Shown piece after piece: positions 54,218 through 64,000 of a stretch of 64,000 nt of DNA. The notes beneath the pieces are model-generated. The model did not search any database, was not told where the DNA came from, and saw only the letters and a list, made by a program, of their open reading frames with translations. The stretch covers positions 33,480,001 through 33,544,000 of the forward strand of contig OZ024748.1 of NCBI GenBank assembly GCA_964016885.1, in the 5' to 3' direction. The DNA is from Eledone cirrhosa. Lineage: Eukaryota. A program made the position numbers and the translations under genes. The first letter of the stretch is position 1, and each line of letters begins with the position of its first letter.

Positions 54218-54352
54218 CCATATTTCCCAGCATCGAAGACGTTACTTTTTCCCTAATATAAGTCTCAAAAATCTACCAATACGTCCTGGAGGCCGCAGAT
54301 TGTTTATTATTTTTTTTTAAAAATTAGTCGTCTTCGGCACCGGTAAATACGA
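54218..54352. mobile_element. Short pogo/Tigger-like MITE relic upstream of ZNF
   Basis: TA-ccatatttcccagcatcgaagacg..cgtcttcggcaccggtaaatacga-TA imperfect TIRs. The paralog at about 62490-62810 is interrupted by a SINE. Confidence 0.45.
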
Positions 54353-55684
54353 TACATTGGTAAACTGTAGAAATATACCTGTGTGATGTTTATTTATTTA
54401 TATAAACCAAGGCTATATATATGTCAAACTACAGCTGCACCATCACGATAGCGGTGTCATCTAGTACAGGGCCACAAAACTGTGGTAACCTTGTGAGATG
54501 GGTTTGGCTCGGCCGACTGGCCACACTCTCCATACTGGCGCAGCGAACTGGCTAGCCCTTCTCGTAACCATACTATCCAGTAGCAGTCCCCATAATTAGG
54601 GTAACCTCATAATGGTGCCACCCAGTACCAGGCCCCAAAATTATAGTTCCACTGTGAGATGGGTTCAGTGCAGCCAACTGGCCTGTCCCTCCTCATAACA
54701 GAGCCATCCAGTTCCCCACTGTAAACATGATTCATGTTAGGAAGGGAATCCAGCTGTAAAATACATGACCAAATTTACAGATCTCGCCTGAGCAAGGTGT
54801 GACACATGGCCAACTCTGGCCAGACTTACCTCCGGGCATGGATGACCCGTCTAATCCATGTAAGAATGGAAAAATGGACGTTAATTGGTGATGACACAGA
54901 CATATATATATATATCTATCCTACCCACACTGGGCATGTAAAAGACACAGCAAAAAGCACCCAGCCCACATTGTAAAATGGACATGTAGGTGTCTTGGGA
55001 AATGCACCCAGTCCACACTGTCAATGTGGTTGGTGTTAGGAAGAGCATCCAGCTGTAGAAAGCTAGTAGAAACACCCCTATATGAGTGAGACACGGTCAC
55101 CTGACCCAACTTGCCTCTAAATGGGACCTGTCTAACCCATGATAGCGTGGAAGATGGATGTTAATTGATGATGATGATGATGATATATAATAAAATGTTG
55201 TAGTTTGCTTGAAGCATTATATATAAAATATAACGTTGAAAGAGATAGAAGGCTAAACAATGCAAAATGGACTGTAAGATGAGGTAACGAAAAGTAAAAG
55301 TTACCTGGTAATCTTTGTTTTGTTTTTTGTTGTTGTTCTTTTATTTATCCAATATTGCGGGACCTAAAAGTTCTTTCTTTTGGGTTTAACCCTTTAGCAT
55401 TTACATTACTACATATATACTATTATATTTCCATGGTAAATGCTTTACCTCACATATGTCACATAATATCGAATCTATGCGATTTTGATATTATTTATAT
55501 TGAACACAATACCTTAACATCAGTATGAGTAGCCAATTAAAGCTGGTTTAAAACAAAAAGGAGACAAAAACCTGGCCAGTTATGTTAAAGGGTTAAGTAA
55601 CTTTCAGTGGATAATGTTCCAATTTCCTCTCTTTGGGATTACATTTTGACTTTGATTAAACATTTTTCTAAGTTATTTTATAAA

Positions 55685-55861
55685 ATTAATGGAAGCTGTG
55701 AAGTAGGAAGACATAGTTTGAGGTGATAAAAGCTGACTTAACACAATTGATGGAAGCTATGGAGTAGGAAGACCTAGTTTGAGTTGATAAAAGCTGACTT
55801 CACATAATTGATGGAAGCTATGGAGTAGGAAGACCTAGTTTGAGGTGATAAAAGCTGACTT
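55685..55861 (+). repeat. 61-bp x3 tandem repeat derived from an RTE ORF end
   Basis: gatggaagctatggagtaggaagacc..tgaggtgataaaagctgactt resembles 51719-51790. Confidence 0.75.
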
Positions 55862-56808
55862 TATATATGTGTGTCTGTATGTATATATATATATGTGTTT
55901 GTGTCATCATCGTTTAACGTCTATCTTCCACGCAAGCATGGGTTTCTGACCCAAATCCCTTATCATTCGCTGTCCTTCTTATGACCCGACCTTAATTTCT
56001 TTGGGGACAGAGAGTTGGTGCAAACAAGTTTGGCTAGATGTACAAACACATATATACACACAAACATATATATACGTCTAAACCCATGCTTGCGTGGAAG
56101 ATAGACGTTAAACGATGATGATGACACAAACACACATATATATATACACAAACACACATATATATATACATACAGACACACATATATATATATTAAGAAA
56201 TCCATACAATTGCGTGTGTATCGTAACTTTCACTATTGAGAGCAGTTGTAAAAAAAAAAAAAAAAAAAAAAAAATTCAGTGTCAAAAATTACTTTCACTT
56301 TCCTGACCGCCCGTCTTGACGTATGCCATATATTAGGTTGATATGTCGTCTAAAATATATATATTGTCTATAAATAACTGATAGCAGATGTTCTGGTGAA
56401 ATAGTAGTTTTACTACTACAGATTGTAAGGGACCTCTTAGTAGACACAATTGTAAAGTGAGAATAGATATGAGAGTGTAAGACTGATGTCGGGGAATTAA
56501 AATTGTGAATATATATATATATATATATAATTGTTACAGAAGATATAATTAGATTAATTAAAGTTATAATGAAGACAGCAGGTACTCGATGTCGTTGGGA
56601 ATGTTTCAACTTTCGTACCGGTGTCATACATTAAAAGTCCCTGATATAATTGAATACCTTCAGACACAGTTCCAATCGTATTTAATTTATTGTAAATCAG
56701 AAAGTATCACTCAGTAAAATATCAATTATATATCAATAAGAGAACCTCTACGTAGTCTCTCTCACTGCTAGAAATAGCAGTGATATTATCCATTACAACT
56801 GCTATATA

Positions 56809-56909
<101 letters not shown>

Positions 56910-59889
56910 CAATATATGTATGGGTATATTGGTATGTATGAGTGTGTATATGTTTATATGTGTACATAGGGTTTCGGTATATGTGAGTGTGTGTGTGTGT
57001 TATATATGCATTTATGCGTGTATTTTTATATATGTATATATAATTATATGTCTACACACACACACAAACATATATTTATGTGTATTTGGTGTATACGTTC
57101 GTACGTGTGCGGGTGTATGTGTCGCGCCGGTTTACGTCCGTGTGCGCGTGCATGTATATGCATGCATGCCGTGTGTTTTCGCGTATGCACCTGTATAAAT
57201 GTGTGTATGTATATATTTAATTATTATTAGTTTTATGGATGGTCTGAGTTCAAATCCCGCCCAGGTTAAACTTTACCTTTCATCCTTACGGGGTCAATAA
57301 AATAAAGTACCAGTAATGTACTGGATAAGTGCTGGCCTTGTGCCAAAAAGTAGAAACAATCATTAGTTTTATGATTTTAATAACCTCTGTCATTTTCATT
57401 CAACTAATTTATTTACATTATTCTCAACTCCGAAGCCGTGAGTCATTCGGTTTCCTAAATAGTATATTAGTCTACAACTTCATTTATACCATAAACGTGG
57501 TTTTGTCTTTACGTGTAATTGTTCTAATCGCTCCACATAACGACGTATTATCTTCGCTTTTATCCGTTCATTGCCAGAGAACCAAAGTATCGTCTTCCTG
57601 TTTTCCTTCAGTTGCAACGTTTTTCAGATTGATTTTTTTTTAGTTTCAGAGATCCTGTTAAGGGTGAAAGCAGCGATTTTTTGCTTAAACTTTAATCTGT
57701 TATTTTAATATATATATATATATATACATATATCTCAATGGCAGTGCCCCAGCATAGCCTCAGCCAGATGGCTGGAACAGGTATAAGAATAAAAGAATAT
57801 AATATATATGTGTATTTATCTTCATCACAATTTAAACTCCATTTTACATGCTAGCATGGGTCAGACGAGTTTTCCTGTTGTGTGAAAACCTAGATCAAAT
57901 AACCATGTCTTGCTCATGCAAGAACCATTTCTGGTTGGTCTCTACGGCTGGATGCCCTTCCTAACTCCAACCACATTTACAGGTTTGGCATTTATTTTTG
58001 TGTTGCTTACATAACTAACCTACAGGGTGGACTGGGTGGTTTTTGTTGTGTCACCATCATGACAACCACCAGCTAAGAGAGCAGAGTTGTTGGTAAGGGA
58101 GTGGAGTGTGAAGAGGAGGAAAATTGGAGCATACTTCAAACCACTAAATGTTGCTTCATCACGTGCACATGGCAATGGAGGTCTCTGCAGTACTGTATAA
58201 CGCCAGAGATTTCAATCCTGTGTCATCACATTTGAGAAGTACAATGGTGTCAGGTCCGTTTTTACCTCCTCATCCTAAGCTTTCCTAGGTCTTCCTCTTC
58301 CATCAATTTCAAGCAGTCAACCTTTTATACAGCATCCTACATACCTACATATACTTCACATGTCCATACCACAGCAATCTCCTCTCCTGCTTACTGTATC
58401 TTATCCCTCTCATGCCCAGGTTCTCTCTCAGCTTATTTACACTTTCCCCTTCATGTATATTAATATTACACATCCATTGGAGAATTCAAGCTTCATTTCT
58501 ATCCAATCTTCTGAGGTCCTCACTGAAATGCAGCATTGCTGTTCATATGCACACATCAATTTGATGAAACAACCTGTTGTAGCTAGCACCCTAAACCTCT
58601 GCCATCTTGTTCTTACTCTGGTTACTGTACTTTCAGAACACCTACCAACACTGCTAATTTGGTCACCCAGGTAACAGAAACTGTCAACTGCTTCTATGAA
58701 ACCCATTAAATGTTTGATAGAGCTTGTCTCCTAAAAGCGATTGCTGCTTACTGCTCCAGTAAAATCTACGTTCTTAACTATTTCACCATGTATCCCACTA
58801 AACCTCTTGTGTACCCATAGTCTATTTAGAGTAAATGTTTCATACACATAACCTGTATGTGTGACCATTGGTTTCCAAGTCCACTTATGGCCATCACTTT
58901 TCAATGGGGGGGAGGTACTTCCAAACAGACCCTTCATTAGGCATGCTGACAAATATATTAAAAGGAAGTTTTCCTCCAACAATTTTCTCCCCAAACAGAG
59001 GAGAGTTTCATATTGTCAAAAAGGGAGGTAAATCTTTCGTGGTGGAATTGTCAGGCTTAATTATATATGTAATTAGAGACACATAGAATTGGTTGATAGC
59101 TTTTGCAATCTAGGTGACTGAATTAGCAGTGGAGGGGGCTGCTCTGAAAGATGAATAGCTAGAATAAGGATAGGATGGAAAAAGTTTAGAGAGCTACTGC
59201 AACAGTTGACCACAAAAGGTTTCTCTCTCTGTACAACAAGACAACTGTATGACACATGTGGGTGATGTGCAATGATGTATGGTAACGAAACAAGGGCTGT
59301 GACTGCAGAGGATATGTAGACTGGAGAGAAATGGAACAACAATGTTTTGTAGGATATGTTGTGTAAGTTTGAGAGAAAGGCAGAGCTTGGACAAGTTCAA
59401 GAAGAAGCTGGGTTTAAGAGTGATCTGAAGTGGTGTGTAAGAGAGAGGAATGGGTTTGTACAGACATAGAATGCACATGGATAATGACCACTGGGTGATG
59501 AAGTGCCAGGAAATCCCAGTGGAAGGAAACCATAGTAGAGGTAGACCAAGAAAGACCTGAACAGAGGCTGTGTGAACTGACTTCAAATAACTGTCCAACC
59601 CAAGGAAGCATGGAAAAATAGACATAAAAACGATGATGTTGATGAAGATGACGTACATATACACACACAAATACACAAATAAATCAAATACAGATATGCA
59701 CATACTTATATATAAACACAGATACAAACTTATAAATGGACACACATTTCTACACATACATTCACATATATATAGTATATGTAAATTCTGAATGATACAG
59801 TTTTGTCAGTACAAGTCTTCATTACAACTTCTACAAATAAAATGAAAGGAGAAGAATATCTTAGTAAAACAGTTTTATTCAAAATATTA

Positions 59890-60531
59890 ACAACATTGGT
59901 GGCACTATTTTGGGTGAGTGACATGGTTTTTATCTTGTCTGATTGTGTTGCATTAAGTAATCTTTACAAGAGAATGATTTATCACAGACATCACAGTGAT
60001 ATAGTTCCTCTCCAGTATATGTTAGTCTGTAGTGAAGACACAGCATTTAGAGCAGGATTTATCAGACATCACAGTGATATAGTTCCTCTCCTGTATATGT
60101 TAGTGTGTAGTTTAAAAAATGATTTACCATAGACATCACAGTGATATGGTTCCTATCCTGTATATGTTAGTATCTAGTGAAGCCACAACATTTGGAGAAG
60201 CATTTACCACAGACATCATAGTGATATGGTTTCTCTCCTGTATATGTTAGTGTGTAGTGAGGCCACAACATTTAAACAATGATTTACCAGACATCACAGT
60301 GATATGGTTCCTTACCTGTAGATGTTAGTGTTCTAGTGAAGCCACAACATTTAGAGAATGATTTACCAAATATATCAAAGTGATATGGCTTCCCAGCTGT
60401 ATGTATATGTTTGTGTGTAGTTAATGCAACATTCAAAGAGAATGATTACCCTCAGATGTCACAATGATATGTATTTGTATTCTCATTAATTCATAAATTT
60501 GAGGGAATGATTTATCACTGATGTCAATGCG
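59890..60531 (-). pseudogene. Degenerate zinc-finger repeats downstream of the stop codon
   Basis: Five units of about 80 bp (one shortened) plus decayed 84-bp-type units. Confidence 0.8.
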
Positions 60532-62058
60532 TTATGATTTCTCTTCTGCATGTATAAGTTTGTGAGTAGTTAGGCTACTTTTCCCAGAGAATGATATACC
60601 ACAGATCTCACAGTGATATGGCTTGTCTCCTGTATGAATACTTTTGTGTATAGTTAAGTGACTAATTTGTGAGAATGATTTACCACAGATATCACAGTGG
60701 TATGGCTTGTCTCCTGTATGGGTACGTTTGTGGCTAGTTAAGTTACCACTTCGAGAGAATGATTTACCACAGGTATCACAGTGGTATGGCTTATCTCCTG
60801 TATGGATACGCAAGTGCTTAATTAAGGTACTACTTAAAGAGAATGATTTGCCACAGATATCACAGTGATATGGCTTGTCTCCTGTATGTATACGTTTGTG
60901 TATAGTTAAGTTACTATTTAGAGAGAATGATTTACCACAGATATCACAGTGATATGGCTTGTCCCCTGTATGGATACGTTTGTGGCTAGTTAAGGTACCA
61001 CTTACAGAGAATGATTTACCACAGATATCACAGTGATATGGCTTGTCTCCTGTATGTATACGTTTATGCTTAATTAAGGAACTACTTTCAGAGAATGATT
61101 TACCACAGATATCACAGTGATATGGCTTGTCTCCTGTATGGGTACATTTGTGGCTAGTTAAGGCACTACTTTCAGAGAATGATTTACCACAGATATCACA
61201 GTGATATGGCTTGTACCCTGTATGTATAAATTTGTGTCTATTTAAGGTACTACTTTGAAAGAATGATTTACCACAGATATCACAGTGATATGGTTTCTCA
61301 CCTGTATGGGTACGTATGTGAGAAATTAAGGTACTACTATTAGAGAATGATTTACTACAGATATCACAGTGATATGGCTTATGTCCTGTATGTATACGTT
61401 TGTGGGAAGTTAAGTTACTACTATCAGAGAATGATTTCCCACATATATCACAGTGATATGGCTTGTCTCCAGTATGTATACGTTTGTGCTTAATTAAGGT
61501 ACTACTTACAGAGAATGATTTGCCACAGATATCACAGTGATATGGCTTGTCTCCTGTATGTATACGTTTGTGTCTAGTCAAGGCACTACTATGAAAAAAT
61601 GATTTACCACAGATATCACAGTGATATGGCTTATCTCCTGTATGGGTACGTGTGTGAGAAGTTAAGTTACTACTTCGAGAGAATGATTTACCACAGATAT
61701 CGCACTGATATGTTTTCTCCCCTGTATGGGTATGTATGTGAGTTTTTAAGTTACTACTTCGAGAGAATGATTTACTACAGATATCGCAGTGATATGGTTT
61801 CTCTCCTGTATGTATATGTTTGTGATTAATTAAGTTACTACGTACAGAGAATGATTTACCACAGTTATAGCACTGATATGGTTTCTCACCTATATGGGTA
61901 CGTATGTGAGAAGTTAAGGCACCACTATCAGAGAATGATTTACCACAGATATCACAGTGATATGGCTTCTCTTCTCTAACCTTCGTCATCTCACCAGGAA
62001 TACTAAACACTTTAGATTGTGTTTCGCATTTAATCTTCTTTGTCAATTTATTTTCCAT
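60532..62058 (-). CDS. C2H2 zinc-finger protein, 17 intact fingers
   Basis: 17 x 28-aa C2H2 repeats with TGDKP/TGEKP linkers. First ATG at 62058; putative acceptor AG at 62173-62174. No KRAB/SCAN/BTB domain seen. Confidence 0.95.
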   Translation of the reverse strand: MENKLTKKIKCETQSKVFSIPGEMTKVREEKPYHCDICGKSFSDSGALTSHIRTHIGEKPYQCYNCGKSFSVRSNLINHKHIHTGEKPYHCDICSKSFSRSSNLKTHIHTHTGEKTYQCDICGKSFSRSSNLTSHTRTHTGDKPYHCDICGKSFFHSSALTRHKRIHTGDKPYHCDICGKSFSVSSTLIKHKRIHTGDKPYHCDICGKSFSDSSNLTSHKRIHTGHKPYHCDICSKSFSNSSTLISHIRTHTGEKPYHCDICGKSFFQSSTLNRHKFIHTGYKPYHCDICGKSFSESSALTSHKCTHTGDKPYHCDICGKSFSESSSLIKHKRIHTGDKPYHCDICGKSFSVSGTLTSHKRIHTGDKPYHCDICGKSFSLNSNLTIHKRIHTGDKPYHCDICGKSFSLSSTLIKHLRIHTGDKPYHCDTCGKSFSRSGNLTSHKRTHTGDKPYHCDICGKSFSQISHLTIHKSIHTGDKPYHCEICGISFSGKSSLTTHKLIHAEEKS

Positions 62059-62573
62059 AATTATTTCTTCTTCAACAGAATATACAAATGTTTTACTTGT
62101 AATATTTTTTATATTATATTTCTTATAAAATATTTCTTCTATATTTTCCTCAACTGTGATTTCAGTTAATATCTGAAGATAATACAAACTTCTTTTACAC
62201 CCAAGTTTAGTTAAAATACAAAATCATCTCATAGTGAAGAAAATAAACTCAGTTTTGAGGAAATATTTCACAGTAATATGATGAGAGATTTATATAAACA
62301 GTGTCATATAAGTTCTGTTTAGAAAGTTTTAGTCTTAAATTGATGATAAATAGAGGTGATGTATCCAAGATTGAAAATAATAATTTATTCCAATGTCATC
62401 TGATATTCTGAAATAAGAAAGAAACAGTATAAGATAATAGAGATCACTTAAAATACAGGGATAGATTTAACAGTGGAAACTTTACATTTTTACCAGCGTC
62501 GAAGACGTTACCTTTTCCCTAATATAAGTCTAAAAAATCTACCAAACGTCCTGGAAGCCGAAGGTTGTTTGAG

Positions 62574-62766
62574 AGCGGTGGATTGGCAGTATCGGTAGAG
62601 GGTCGGACGCCATGCTTTGACGCATAGAGTTACAGCCCTTGCCATTCTGAGTTCAAATCCCGCCGAGGTTAACTTTGCCTTTCATCCTTACGGGGTCGAT
62701 AAAATAAAGTACCAGTAATGCACCGGGTGATTGCTGGTCTTGTGCCAAAAGTAGAAACAATTATTT
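62574..62766 (+). mobile_element. Near full-length Nin/Deu-domain-like tRNA SINE
   Basis: A-box tggcagtatcgg, B-box gagttcaaatcc, central gcctttcatccttacggggtcgataaaat. Other copies at about 34636, 35445, 42140 and 57243. Confidence 0.8.
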
Positions 62767-62884
62767 TTTTCCAAATATTGTATCGACTCTGACGCCAGTA
62801 AATACGGTACATTGGTAAATTGTAGAAATATACTTGTGTGATGTTTATTTATATAAACCAAGGCTATATATATATGTCAAACTA

Positions 62885-63290
62885 CAGCTGCACCATCACA
62901 ATTGTGGTGTCATCTAGTATAGGGCCCCAAAACTGTGGTAACCTTGTGAGATGGGTTTTGCTCAGCTGACTGGCTACCCCTCCCTCCTCATAGTGGTGCC
63001 ACCCAGTACCAGGCCCCAAAACTATGGTAACCTTGTGAGATAGGTTTTGCTCAGCCGACTGGCTACTCCTCCTCATAGTGGCACAGCCAACAGGATCAGC
63101 CCTTCTTGTATCCGTACCATCCAGTACCAGGCCCCAAAACTAAGGTACTCTTGTGAGATGGGTTTGCTGCAGCTGACTGGCCACCCCTCCTCATAGTGGT
63201 GCCACCCAGTACCAGGCCCCAAAATTATAGTTGCACTGTGAGATGGGTTCAGTGCAGCCAACTGGCCTGTCCCTCCTCATAACAGAGCCA
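62885..63290. repeat. Degenerate minisatellite (about 70-80-bp unit) upstream of ZNF genes
   Basis: ccagtaccaggccccaaaactatggtaaccttgtgagatgggtt units; also at 54440-54700 and 42380-42720. Confidence 0.75.
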
Positions 63291-63453
63291 TCCAGTTCCA
63301 CACTGTAAACATGGTTCATGTTAGGAAGGGAATCCAGCCGTAAAATACCTGACCAAATTTACAGACCTCGCCTAAGCAAGGTGTGACACATGGCCAACTC
63401 TGGCCAGACTTGCCTCCTGGCATGGATGACCCATCTGACCCATGCAAGAATGG

Positions 63454-63484
<31 letters not shown>

Positions 63485-63523
63485 ACGTTAAATGATGACA
63501 GACATATATATATATATATATAT

Positions 63524-64000
63524 CATCATCATCATCATCATCAACGTTTAACGTCCGTGTTCCACGCTTGCATGGGTTTGGACGGGGGTAGTCCCACTTG
63601 AGGCAAGAGTGATTGTCTTGCTCGCATAGGACTGTCTGGCAGGTTTTCTACAGTTGGATGCCCTTCCTAACACCAACCACATTTACAGTGTGGGTCTGGG
63701 AGGTTTTTACCGTGTTGCCTACACGGCCACATTACAGCGTGGACTGTGTGTTTTTTTGTCGTGACACCTACACGATCTCATTTGTTTCGGCCTCGATGGC
63801 GTGGCACCAACATAACTTTACATAGAACGGGGTGGTGTGGATCGGGTGGGGGTGGTGGTGGTGGGACGGGGTGTATTTTGTTAGAGATGCCTACTGGCTG
63901 GAGTAGGTTTTACTATATATTTAGGTAAGGCGGGTCTTCTCTGTTACTGAGTACCGCCAAAGGTCTCGGTCCAGTGACATTGTCTTGGAGAGGTGTAAGT
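63524..64000 (-). mobile_element. RTE LINE 3' end (runs off the window edge)
   Basis: (CAT)n followed by the reverse complement of 21590-21997. Confidence 0.88.

Larger units (their letters stand above)
47636..54900 (+). repeat. ZNF-containing tandem duplication unit (paralog 57823-63500)
   Basis: Colinear old RTE relics, ZNF 3' region, ZNF exon, upstream region and minisatellite. Confidence 0.88.

Overview
AT-rich, repeat-dense eukaryotic DNA. It is most consistent with a coleoid cephalopod (octopus-type) genome, an inference from the KRAB-less tandem C2H2 zinc-finger genes, RTE LINEs with (GAT)n tails, Nin/Deu-domain SINEs and very long (TA)n tracts. The only host genes are three minus-strand paralogous C2H2-ZNF exons: one cut by the left edge, a 9-finger copy (52.7-53.5 kb) and a 17-finger copy (60.5-62.1 kb), set in nested segmental duplications. 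The rest is transposon-derived: many RTE fragments, Penelope-like elements (PLEs), SINEs, a Helitron and MITEs. Highlights: (i) seven type-I hammerhead ribozyme motifs (six distinct sequences) plus decayed copies, several in fold-back PLE termini next to (TA)n; (ii) a young 2,025-bp non-coding LTR retroelement with identical TG...TA LTRs and a tRNA-Trp primer site extended to about 32 nt; (iii) 80-bp dead-finger repeats downstream of the ZNF stop codons that differ in copy number between paralogs. All alignments and folds were done by eye.
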